A stretch of DNA of 64,000 nt, from positions 3,882 through 67,881 of the forward strand of contig CAZXUO010000004.1 of assembly GCA_964643955.1 (NCBI GenBank), read 5' to 3'. Of this stretch, positions 47,252-56,341 are shown one piece after another. The notes below the pieces were generated by a model. It did no database searches. It was not told the origin of the DNA and was given only the letters and a program-made list of their open reading frames with translations. Source of the stretch: an uncultured Candidatus Saccharibacteria bacterium (GTDB lineage Bacteria; Patescibacteriota; Minisyncoccia; Phycocordibacterales; UBA918). The translations under genes were made by a program, and so were the position numbers. The stretch's first letter is position 1. Every line of letters begins with the position of its first letter.

Positions 47252-48340
47252 TTACGCAGAGAGCTCTTCGAGCATTTTCATCACGGCGTCGTTCGTCATC
47301 ATTGATTCAACGTAGATGCGAACTCGTTCCGGGTCGGCATCTTTGTAGTGTGTCATGAGGTGTCCGACTTCTGCTTGTACTGCCACGTCAGGAACGGTGA
47401 TTTCCTCACGCTTGGCGATTTCTGCGAGGATGAGCTGCAGCTTCGCACGCTTTTCAGCAGATGGCGTCCACTCTTTGATCAAATCCTCACGCGTCTTCTT
47501 GGTGTGCGCGAGATAATCGTCGATCTTGAGGTTTGCACGCACGAGGTCTTGTTCCATTTGTCCAAACATCTGACCGAGCTCAGCATCAATCAATACTTGT
47601 GGAAGATCGATGGCACTCTTTTCGATGACGGCATCGGTAATTGCGGCGCGGTGCTTTGAGGCGACTTCTTTTTTCTTTTCAATTTCAAGATGCTCGCGGA
47701 GCTTCGCTTTGAATGCAGCAACTGAATCAAACTCGCCAAGTGTCTTTACGTACTCGTCAGTGAGCTCAGGAACAGCGGGCTCCTTTTCGTCTTCGACAGT
47801 TTCCGGAGTGGGGAGTCTCTGGCCGTCTTTATTGGCGGCAGCTTTCTTTTGGAGGCGTTCGTATGCGATTTTCTGTCGCTGAATGTTTGCGATCGCTTCG
47901 TCGAGCTCCGTCTCGCTTACGGTCTCTGGATCACGCGCAATGTCTTTGGCGATTTTTTTGTAGTCGGGAAGGGTGATAGTCGGTACGATTGCGACGCGCG
48001 CAGTAAAGGTGAAGGGGTTTTCAGGCGCGAGTTTGGTGATTGAGATTGCGGGGCGGCCGATCGCATCAATCTTATGCTCTTTGATGATCTCCGGATACGC
48101 GACTGCGAGTGCTCGCTCTGCCATTTCGGAGAGGAGGCCCATCTCGCCAATACGTTCAACGAGAACTTTTTCGGAAACATGTCCTTTGCGGAAGCCATCG
48201 ATTGAGACGTCTTTCCCGAGAGCTGCAAGTGCAGCTGCTCGAAATTGGGTAAGTTCTGCAAACGGAATCTCTCCTTCAATGCGCACAACCGAACGCTCTT
48301 CGGGCGTCACGGTGGCGGTATAACGTACTGTTTTAGCCAT
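47252..48340 (-). CDS. tig: Trigger factor (N and C domains, PPIase domain absent)
   Basis: IDGFRKG ribosome-binding motif; PELTDE and C domain; upstream of clpP. Confidence 0.92.
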   Translation of the reverse strand: MAKTVRYTATVTPEERSVVRIEGEIPFAELTQFRAAALAALGKDVSIDGFRKGHVSEKVLVERIGEMGLLSEMAERALAVAYPEIIKEHKIDAIGRPAISITKLAPENPFTFTARVAIVPTITLPDYKKIAKDIARDPETVSETELDEAIANIQRQKIAYERLQKKAAANKDGQRLPTPETVEDEKEPAVPELTDEYVKTLGEFDSVAAFKAKLREHLEIEKKKEVASKHRAAITDAVIEKSAIDLPQVLIDAELGQMFGQMEQDLVRANLKIDDYLAHTKKTREDLIKEWTPSAEKRAKLQLILAEIAKREEITVPDVAVQAEVGHLMTHYKDADPERVRIYVESMMTNDAVMKMLEELSA

Positions 48341-48420
48341 AGTTTGCCTAGTGTACACGCGATCGGCTGCTTTGCAACAAAAAGACGCGCGCCCTTTGGG
48401 CGCGCGTCTTTTTTATCATC

Positions 48421-48822
48421 TTATTGCGCTTGTGCCTCTGCGCCGATCTCTGTGTCGATGGTATTGAGCTCTTGGTCAAGGGAATTGACGTCGGTCATGT
48501 TGAGCTCAGCTTCGATAGTGTCAATTTCGTCTGGTGGGCTTGGAGGAATCGGTGTCGTTTCTTCGGTTGTCATTGGCGCAGCAACCTCTTCTTGCATCTG
48601 TTCGTCAGAGAGTGATGCTCCCCAAAGGTAGAGTCCGCCAAGGACGAGGGCGACAATTACGATGACAACACCAAGAATAGTACCGAGATGTGAGCGTGGT
48701 GCCGGTGGCATAGCAGGAGGTACGGATGTTTGCGTGGGCGCTGGTGCAGGCGTAGGTGCTGGGGGAGGAGTTTGTGGTGCTCCAGTAACAGGCGGCTGCG
48801 GACTCTGCATGTTTGGTTCCAT
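48421..48822 (-). CDS. Small Pro-rich single-TM protein
   Basis: MEPNMQ..., TM GTILGVVIVIVALVLGGLYLWG, acidic tail. Confidence 0.7.
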   Translation of the reverse strand: MEPNMQSPQPPVTGAPQTPPPAPTPAPAPTQTSVPPAMPPAPRSHLGTILGVVIVIVALVLGGLYLWGASLSDEQMQEEVAAPMTTEETTPIPPSPPDEIDTIEAELNMTDVNSLDQELNTIDTEIGAEAQAQ

Positions 48823-48832
48823 AGATGATGAA

Positions 48833-49588
48833 TTAGTTAGTTGGCGTAGTAGTTGATGCGTCGTTTGAGACTGCAGCGCTCGCACCACGCTCAAGTCCCG
48901 CTTCCATGACAGCTTCTTTGAGCGCTGCAACCGACGTGCGAAGTAATGCATGCGCTTCCTTGATCAGCGTATGCACGGCAGCAAATTGTGCGCGTGCCTC
49001 TGCCCAGTCTTCTTTTGGAGTTTCTGATGTTGCGGCATACTCCACATCAGTGTCGATGCCGGCAAGTGCGGCAAGTGCTTCTTCAAGCTTGGCGCGCGCT
49101 TCCTCAAGTGCTGCTTCAGCATCGGTCGTGTCGACGCCACGCTCTTCGAGCGTAGCCATGCGTACATCGAGTCGATCAGCGAGGTCTTGGAGTCGGCTGA
49201 TCGTCTTTGTAATACGCTCTTTTACATTTCCGGAAAGCATTTTCATGCGCTCTTGCATCTGGCCGCTCAAAGCCGCGCGCTTTTCAGCGATGCGTGCTTG
49301 TATCTCAGTGCGCTTTTCTTCAATCATTCCTGCGCGCTCGGTTTTGAATGTCTCAAGGCGCGTCTTCCACTCTTCCTTGCGCGCCTCAAGCTGCGCGCGC
49401 ATCTCTGCGGTTGTCGTCGGTCGATTCTCTGGCGGCATCATGCCAGCCTGCCCACGAAACATGCCGGGACGCGCAGGTGGCGTGCTCGTGCTCTGTGCGT
49501 ATGCACTAGTGCTCAATAAAAGCGCACCGAGGCCGAAGAGGGTGGCCGCGATACGCGCGAGTCGGATATTAGTTTTTGTCGATGTCAT
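48833..49588 (-). CDS. Exported coiled-coil protein
   Basis: Signal peptide AYA|Q; helical repeats incl. GVDTTDAEAAL. Confidence 0.75.
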   Translation of the reverse strand: MTSTKTNIRLARIAATLFGLGALLLSTSAYAQSTSTPPARPGMFRGQAGMMPPENRPTTTAEMRAQLEARKEEWKTRLETFKTERAGMIEEKRTEIQARIAEKRAALSGQMQERMKMLSGNVKERITKTISRLQDLADRLDVRMATLEERGVDTTDAEAALEEARAKLEEALAALAGIDTDVEYAATSETPKEDWAEARAQFAAVHTLIKEAHALLRTSVAALKEAVMEAGLERGASAAVSNDASTTTPTN

Positions 49589-49696
49589 ACAATTAAATTC
49601 GTTCTTACTAAAAATAAGGGCACCACATTCCCTTGTGCATAAAGTATAACCCCGATGCGTTTTGCATCGGGGTGTACTGTACACAGGAGTGGATGA

Positions 49697-49906
49697 TTAT
49701 TGCTGAACGAAAGGTTTTGCGAAGAGTCCTTCTCGGTGTGCTTCAGCGCTTGCGCGCGCAGATCCCCACAAGAAGAGTCCTGCGAGTGCGATGGCGAGCA
49801 GTACCATGACGACGCCGATGAGTGGGCCGAGAAAGACCGGATCTTTTTCGAGTGCTTCGCCTGAGGGAGTGAGGAAATCTTCGTGTCGTTTTGCGTCGTC
49901 TTCCAT
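49697..49906 (-). CDS. Small single-TM protein
   Basis: TM GPLIGVVMVLLAIALAGLFLWG, similar to 48421-48822. Confidence 0.6.
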   Translation of the reverse strand: MEDDAKRHEDFLTPSGEALEKDPVFLGPLIGVVMVLLAIALAGLFLWGSARASAEAHREGLFAKPFVQQ

Positions 49907-50007
49907 AGAAAATGCGTATGCGGCGATTAAGCGTGTATGAAGGATAGTATAAAACCACCAGCGCATATGCGCTGGTGGTTTTATACACAGCCCCGTACGG
50001 GCCCTTC

Positions 50008-50538
50008 TTAGGCTGTCTTTGGGAATTTACCTGCGTAGAGTGTCTTACTTTCGGCAAATGCAGCATGTGCTGCGGCCTTATCTTCAATACCCGAGACGAT
50101 CACTTCTTTGTTTTGTACTTTCTTGTAGGTGCTGAAGAAATGTTCGAGCTCCTTGAGTGTGTGCGGGTTGATATCGCTCTTATCTTTTACCGTGTCCCAG
50201 CGTGGGTCTTCGGTTGGTACGGCGATGATCTTGTCGTCGCTGTCGCCACCATCAACCATCTTAAGAAGTGCAACGGCGCGTGCGCGAACGAGGATACCGG
50301 GTGCGAGTGGGTGCGTCGTGAGGAGGATTACGTCGAGTGCATCATCGTCATGCCAGAGTGTCTGAGGGACAAAACCATAATCAAAAGGGTAGTCCTGCGA
50401 AGAGTGCATCACGCGGTCGAGCGCGATCATGCCGGTCTCCTTGTCGATCTCGTACTTATTCTTTGAGTACTTTGGAATTTCAATGATGACATTCATCTTG
50501 TCTTCAGTTCCTGGTGCAATATCGTGCCAAAGGTTCAT
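50008..50538 (-). CDS. ppa: Inorganic pyrophosphatase (family I)
   Basis: IEIPK, KYE.DK, YGFVPQT, DxDALDV, DDKIIAV, FFSTYK. Confidence 0.96.
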   Translation of the reverse strand: MNLWHDIAPGTEDKMNVIIEIPKYSKNKYEIDKETGMIALDRVMHSSQDYPFDYGFVPQTLWHDDDALDVILLTTHPLAPGILVRARAVALLKMVDGGDSDDKIIAVPTEDPRWDTVKDKSDINPHTLKELEHFFSTYKKVQNKEVIVSGIEDKAAAHAAFAESKTLYAGKFPKTA

Positions 50539-50563
50539 GATAGGTGATGATTAGATGTGGTAA

Positions 50564-51841
50564 CTAGTCTTTCTTTTCCTCGCTCTCTTCGCTTGATGCG
50601 GTAAGTACTTCCTCTGGTGCTTTTGGAGCTGCGTCAGCCTTGAGGACTTCAACATTTTCTCCGTCAGCTTCTGCGAGCGTGTCGCCGTGCGCTGAGACGA
50701 TGTCGAGCTTCCAGCCCGTGAGCTTTGCAGCGAGACGTACATTTTGTCCGCCGCGACCGATTGCGAGTGACTGTTGGTCAGGCGCAACTTCAACCGTCGC
50801 GCGTGGGCGCGTATCTTCTGCTGAAGCATCTGCCTCGAGAAGCTTCACCGAGAGTACTTGTGCAGGTGAGAGTGCATCTTCGATAAATTCTGCATCATTG
50901 TTTGACCACTCGATGATGTCGATTTTTTCTCCGCCGAGTTCGCTCATGACGGTTGAGACGCGTACGCCGCGCTGTCCGACGAGTGACCCGACCGGATCAA
51001 TGTGCGAATCGTGTGAGAAGACTGCCACCTTTGAGCGTGAACCTGCTTCACGCGCGACTGCCTTGATCTCGATCGTGCCATTTTGGAGCTCAGGTGCTTC
51101 AATCGCAAAGAGCTTTGCAAGAAATTCTGGATGTGAGCGTGAGAGCTTGAGGAAAATACCGCGTGGTGTTTCCTCTACCTTCACGAGCAGTACGCGAATA
51201 CGCTCTCCGGGGCGATAGCGCTCTCCGGGGATCTGCTCATCGTACGGCATGATGCCGGTTACGCGGCCGAGGTCGATGTAGAGGTTGCCGCGTTCGAAGC
51301 GCTGTACGTGTCCGATGACAATATCGCCTTCTTTTTGGCCATATTCTGAGAGGGCTGATTCTTTTTCAGCCTCGCGAATCTTCTGGATGATGACCTGTTT
51401 TGCGGTCTGGGCAGCGATGCGGCCGAAGTCATCTCGAGAATCGAGGGGGAACACAAGCTCTTCCCCGAGCTGTGCGCCTTTCTTGATGCGCCGAGCATCG
51501 TCGATCATGATGTGCTTTTCAGGGTCAAAGCGCACGCGAACGCCCTCCTTGATAGCAGGTTCGTCGTCGCGCTCCTTGTGGTGGTCGGGTACAACCTCCT
51601 CTTCGCCGTCTTCCTCAAGGCGAACCATGCTCTCATCGACGATGATTTTGATCTGATTAAAGGTGGCCGTACCGGTCGTCATATCAAAATGCGCTCGGAC
51701 TATCTGTCCGCGCTTACCGTACTCTTTCTTATAGGCAGTTGCGAGTGCTTGTTCCACTGCGTCAATCATCTTTTCGCGTGGAATGCCGCGCTCCTGCTCC
51801 ATTTGGTCGAGTACTGAATGTATTACCTTAAGGTCAAACAT
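50564..51841 (-). CDS. nusA: Transcription termination factor NusA
   Basis: FGRIAAQTAKQ, REAGSRSK, GEKIDII, SLAIGRGGQNVRLA. Confidence 0.97.
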   Translation of the reverse strand: MFDLKVIHSVLDQMEQERGIPREKMIDAVEQALATAYKKEYGKRGQIVRAHFDMTTGTATFNQIKIIVDESMVRLEEDGEEEVVPDHHKERDDEPAIKEGVRVRFDPEKHIMIDDARRIKKGAQLGEELVFPLDSRDDFGRIAAQTAKQVIIQKIREAEKESALSEYGQKEGDIVIGHVQRFERGNLYIDLGRVTGIMPYDEQIPGERYRPGERIRVLLVKVEETPRGIFLKLSRSHPEFLAKLFAIEAPELQNGTIEIKAVAREAGSRSKVAVFSHDSHIDPVGSLVGQRGVRVSTVMSELGGEKIDIIEWSNNDAEFIEDALSPAQVLSVKLLEADASAEDTRPRATVEVAPDQQSLAIGRGGQNVRLAAKLTGWKLDIVSAHGDTLAEADGENVEVLKADAAPKAPEEVLTASSEESEEKKD

Positions 51842-51968
51842 ATATAGGTTTTAAGCCATTTTTTACTAAAAAATGCCGGCTGGGAATGCCGACATCCGTG
51901 GATAAATATGAGTATACGCTAAAAATCAGGGCTGTCAAAAGGGGCTGGGAGGAGTATAGTACTGCCAT

Positions 51969-52595
51969 ATGGATTCCGACCGCACCAAAGCTTTTAAAGA
52001 GCAGCTGCGAAGAGACATGTATCCTGAAACGCTCGGTGATTTTCATCACAATATTATTAAAGAGCGGGCGCCTTATTTTGCGCGTACGTACTGTACGGCA
52101 GGTGGTCGGATCCTCGATGTTGGCTGCGGGACCGGTATTGCGCTTGAGATTTTCCGAGATCTAGGCTTTTCTGCGACTGGAGTCGAGCTTGGTGAAGAGG
52201 ATTATGGGGTGTGCGTACAAAAGGGGTTGTCGGTAGAGCGCGTCGACATGCACGAGATGACGTTTCCTGACGAGTCGTTTGATGCTATTTGGTGTCGGCA
52301 TACCCTTGAGCATAGCTTCATGCCGTTTTTCCTGCTTGCAGAGTTTAATCGGATGCTTCCAGTAGGAGGGGTCGTCTATATAGAAGTGCCGGTGTTTGGA
52401 ACGGATGCTCATCATGAGGATAATCCAAATCACTACTCATGTATGACCCCTGCAGTCCTTGAGAAACTCCTTGGGCGGGCGCATTTTGATATTCTCGAGC
52501 ACAATGCCCTCACTTTTGGCGTTGAGCATGGTGGTATGGACCAGTACCAACTCTTTATTGTTCGAAAGAAAGATAATTTTTACGGCTCAAAATAA
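51969..52595 (+). CDS. Class I SAM-dependent methyltransferase
   Basis: ILDVGCGTG, FPDESFD, HTLEH. Confidence 0.88.
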   Translation: MDSDRTKAFKEQLRRDMYPETLGDFHHNIIKERAPYFARTYCTAGGRILDVGCGTGIALEIFRDLGFSATGVELGEEDYGVCVQKGLSVERVDMHEMTFPDESFDAIWCRHTLEHSFMPFFLLAEFNRMLPVGGVVYIEVPVFGTDAHHEDNPNHYSCMTPAVLEKLLGRAHFDILEHNALTFGVEHGGMDQYQLFIVRKKDNFYGSK

Positions 52596-52642
52596 AGCTT
52601 TTATAAGAAAATGCCGGGGAGCGAACGCTCCCCGGCAGGGCC

Positions 52643-53197
52643 TCAGAAGAATTCTTGCCGAATTATTCTTGGGTAGAGTACTTTTTCGGCCTCCTGGATA
52701 CTCCTGCGAAGGCTTTGTACCGTGTCGCTTCTATATATAAGTACATGTTTCTGGGACACTATCTTGCCGGTGTCCATCCCTTCGTCTACGTAGTGGATGG
52801 TGCACCCAGTGTAGTAGTCGTATGCCCTGAGCACTTCCTCAATTGCATTTAGTCCCGGATAGAGGGGAAGAAGCGAAGGATGGACGTTGAGGACGCGACC
52901 ACTCACTGCTTCGAGCGCAGGACGCGCGAGGAGCGTGCGGTAGCCGGCGAGCGCCACGCACGAGATGCCGTACTCGCGGAAGCGTTCAGCGAGCGCGGCG
53001 CTGTGCGCGCGGCGGTCGAACGTCCCTTTTTGGAAGTATCCTTCACGCGGCACGAGTACGACGGGGATACCGAGACTCTTTGCGACGTCCGCCGCGCGAC
53101 AGTATCGATCGATCACCACAAGCGTGATGGTTACCTTTTTGTGTATGTCAGGGATCAATGTCCCTTTTCCTGATGCACACACCGCAAGTTGTTTCAT
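52643..53197 (-). CDS. purN: Phosphoribosylglycinamide formyltransferase-like
   Basis: ASGKGT, LAGY, LNVHPSLLP, TGCTIHYV..DTG. Confidence 0.82.
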   Translation of the reverse strand: MKQLAVCASGKGTLIPDIHKKVTITLVVIDRYCRAADVAKSLGIPVVLVPREGYFQKGTFDRRAHSAALAERFREYGISCVALAGYRTLLARPALEAVSGRVLNVHPSLLPLYPGLNAIEEVLRAYDYYTGCTIHYVDEGMDTGKIVSQKHVLIYRSDTVQSLRRSIQEAEKVLYPRIIRQEFF

Positions 53198-53349
53198 GTC
53201 GTCCCCCAAGAAGTTCTTTTCCGCGAGAAAGTATGCACGCAGGTGATGCATGATGCAAATTATTTTTATTACACAGCGCGTGTAATAAAAAATGATGCGC
53301 GCGCGCTATACTATGAATACGTTTACCGGAGGTAATAATTTTTTACGCT

Positions 53350-55104
53350 GTGGTGCGCATTCAAGATGCACAACTGAAGCGGTTTGTCATTGATGCGGGT
53401 CTCGTGACTCGCAAGGACATTGATGCGGCTGAAGAAGCTGCAAAGGAAAGTGGTAAGTCACTTGCCGATACGCTCGTCAACAACGGCTCGCTCACTGAAG
53501 ATGATTTGCGCCGCATCGAGTCGTACATTCTCGGCATCCCCTTTATTTCTTTGAAGGACAAGAAGATTGATTTTGATACGCTCGCACTCATCCCTGAGCC
53601 AATTGCGCGTAATCACAACATTATCGCGTTCAAAAAAAGTGCGGATTCTCTCGAGGTCGCCATGCTCGATACCGCCGATCTTTCTGCGATCGACTTTATG
53701 AAGAAGAAGCTTGGTCTCAAGATTCTTCCGCGCCTCACCGACACTGAGTCGATGAAGTCTGCACTCCGTCAGTATCAGAAGACATTGAAGGATGAGTTTG
53801 GTGATCTCATCATCAAAGAATCAGCAGCATTGAAGCTCGTCGATGATGAGAAGGGAGACAACATGTCGAAGGAAGAGCTTGAGAAGATGGCAGAAGATTT
53901 GCCGGTGGTGCGCATCGTCGATACGCTTTTGCGTCACGCGATCATTCAGGGAGCGTCTGACATTCACGTAGAGCCGATGGAAGAAGAGGTGCTCATCAGG
54001 TACCGCATCGACGGCATGCTCCGCGATGCGATGACGCTCCCCAAGCATGCGGCGCCGACGCTTGTTGCGCGCATCAAAGTGCTTTCAAATCTCAAGCTCG
54101 ATGAGAAGCGCTTGCCGCAAGACGGTCGCTTTAAGATGGAGATGGACGGACAAAAAGTTTCGTTTCGTGTGTCGGTGCTTCCGGTCTACAACGGCGAGAA
54201 GATTGTGATGCGTCTCCTTCGCGAGGGTCGCGCAGGGTACACGCTTGAGGGCATTGGTTTTCATGGCGATGGGCTCGAGCGTATCCACGACGCGATGAAC
54301 AAGACAACGGGTATTGTGCTCGTCACCGGTCCGACAGGCTCGGGTAAGACGACGACACTCTACACAATCCTCGATCTCATGAACACGCCCGAGGTCAACA
54401 TCTCGACGATTGAAGATCCGATTGAGTATCAGATTCCGCGCATCAACCAGACGCAGGTGCGTCCGGATATCGGTTTCTCATTTGCAAACGGTTTGCGATC
54501 GCTCATGCGCCAAGACCCTGACATCATCATGGTCGGTGAGATCCGCGACGGAGAGACGGCGTCGCTTGCGATCAACGCGGCGCTTACGGGTCACTCAGTG
54601 CTTGCGACTGTGCACACCAACTCCGCATCAGCGACCGTCGCACGACTCGTCGACATGGGCGTTGAGCCATTCTTGCTTGTGTCGACGCTCTCGGTCGCGA
54701 TCGGCCAGCGTCTCGTACGTAAGCTTTGTGAAAATAAAGAATCATACACGCTCTCCGCAGCAGAGCGTGAAGATCTCGAGAAGCGACTCGATCTCGATCT
54801 CGTACTCAAAGTTTTGAAAGAAGAAAAGAAAGTTCCTGCTGACGCGACGTGGAGCACGGTGCCGTTTTATCGGCCGGTACCAAACGCCGAGTGTGAAGAT
54901 GGATACAAAGGCCGTCTCGGTATTCATGAAATCTTGCCACTCTCTCCCGCAATCAAGGAGATAGTGATCAAGAGCGGTACTGCAGACGACATTGAGAAGC
55001 AGGCGCGCAAGGAGGGGATGATGACAATGATGGAGGACGGTATTTATAAGGCAGCCCTCGGAATAACAACGATCGAGGAAGTGCTGCGTGTTGTATCAGA
55101 ATAA
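53350..55104 (+). CDS. pilB: Type IV pilus assembly ATPase PilB/GspE
   Basis: ASDIHVEP, RLPQDGR, GPTGSGKTTTLY, EDPIEY, RQDPD, GH...T.H. Confidence 0.94.
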   Translation: MVRIQDAQLKRFVIDAGLVTRKDIDAAEEAAKESGKSLADTLVNNGSLTEDDLRRIESYILGIPFISLKDKKIDFDTLALIPEPIARNHNIIAFKKSADSLEVAMLDTADLSAIDFMKKKLGLKILPRLTDTESMKSALRQYQKTLKDEFGDLIIKESAALKLVDDEKGDNMSKEELEKMAEDLPVVRIVDTLLRHAIIQGASDIHVEPMEEEVLIRYRIDGMLRDAMTLPKHAAPTLVARIKVLSNLKLDEKRLPQDGRFKMEMDGQKVSFRVSVLPVYNGEKIVMRLLREGRAGYTLEGIGFHGDGLERIHDAMNKTTGIVLVTGPTGSGKTTTLYTILDLMNTPEVNISTIEDPIEYQIPRINQTQVRPDIGFSFANGLRSLMRQDPDIIMVGEIRDGETASLAINAALTGHSVLATVHTNSASATVARLVDMGVEPFLLVSTLSVAIGQRLVRKLCENKESYTLSAAEREDLEKRLDLDLVLKVLKEEKKVPADATWSTVPFYRPVPNAECEDGYKGRLGIHEILPLSPAIKEIVIKSGTADDIEKQARKEGMMTMMEDGIYKAALGITTIEEVLRVVSE

Positions 55105-55107
55105 TGT

Positions 55108-56334
55108 ATGCCAACATTTATCTATAAAGGGACATTGCCAGACGGAACAGAAGTAACGGAGACCGTCGAAGGGGCAGATCGCTATGCGGCGTACGATCAC
55201 GCGCGTACACTCAACCACACCATCGTCTCGCTCGAAGAAGTGGGTGGCGGCTTCAAGAAGTATTTCAATATGCAGCGCATCAATACGTACCTTGCGCGTG
55301 TGAAGCAGGATGAGGTGGTGATGTTCTCGAGAAATTTGGCTGCAATGCTCCGTGCAGGTCTTGCACTCACGCGCGCACTCTCAGTATCTGAGCGGCAGAC
55401 GAAGAACCTCGCGATGAAAGAAATTCTTCGAAAAGTGCAAAAAGAAATTGAGCAAGGCAAGCAGTTTAATGTTGCGCTCAAAGACTATCCAAAAGCATTT
55501 TCTCCACTCTACGTATCTATGGTGCGCGCGGGTGAGGAGTCAGGAAAGCTCGCTGAAGCACTTGAGACGATCGCGGTACAGCTCCAGCGCGCGTCGACAC
55601 TTCAGAAGAAAGTGCGCGGCGCCATGATGTATCCGGCGATCGTTATACTCGCCATGTTGCTCATCGGTGTGCTCATGATGATCTACGTAGTGCCGACACT
55701 CACTCAGACATTCCGTGAATTAAATGTAGAGCTTCCACTTATTACCAAGATCATCCTCGGCATCAGTGATTTCTTGAGCAACAACACCATCCTCACGTTC
55801 ATCATCATGGCAGCCGCGGTAGGAGGAATTGTCGCGATCTACCGTACACGCATGGGACGTAGGGGATTTGAATGGGCATTTCTCCATATGCCCGTCATTG
55901 GGAATATCGTGAAGGAAACCAATGCAGCACGTACCACACGCACACTCTCGTCGCTCCTCCAGTCAGGCGTGGATGTCGTTTCGGCACTCAAAATCACTGA
56001 GGACGTGGTACAGAACTCGTACTACCGCACAGTGATCGCGAGCGCCGCGCTCAATGTCGAGAAAGGCAAGCCAATGTCAGAAGATTTTTCTGCAAATGAG
56101 CATTTGTATCCGGTACTCGTCGGTGAGATGATGGCAGTGGGCGAGGAGACAGGACAAATCGGCAAGATGCTCCAAGAGATCGCTGACTTTTACGAAGCTG
56201 AGGTGGAGCAGAAGACGAAAGACCTCTCGACCATCATCGAACCGATCCTCATGGTGGTAATCGGTGGCGCAGTCGGCGTATTTGCACTTGCGATGATTTC
56301 ACCAATTTACTCAATATCCGATAGCATCGGGTAA
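55108..56334 (+). CDS. pilC: Type IV pilus platform protein PilC/GspF
   Basis: GEESGKL, AMMYP, GEETG, IIEP. Confidence 0.94.
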   Translation: MPTFIYKGTLPDGTEVTETVEGADRYAAYDHARTLNHTIVSLEEVGGGFKKYFNMQRINTYLARVKQDEVVMFSRNLAAMLRAGLALTRALSVSERQTKNLAMKEILRKVQKEIEQGKQFNVALKDYPKAFSPLYVSMVRAGEESGKLAEALETIAVQLQRASTLQKKVRGAMMYPAIVILAMLLIGVLMMIYVVPTLTQTFRELNVELPLITKIILGISDFLSNNTILTFIIMAAAVGGIVAIYRTRMGRRGFEWAFLHMPVIGNIVKETNAARTTRTLSSLLQSGVDVVSALKITEDVVQNSYYRTVIASAALNVEKGKPMSEDFSANEHLYPVLVGEMMAVGEETGQIGKMLQEIADFYEAEVEQKTKDLSTIIEPILMVVIGGAVGVFALAMISPIYSISDSIG

Positions 56335-56341
56335 TACACCT

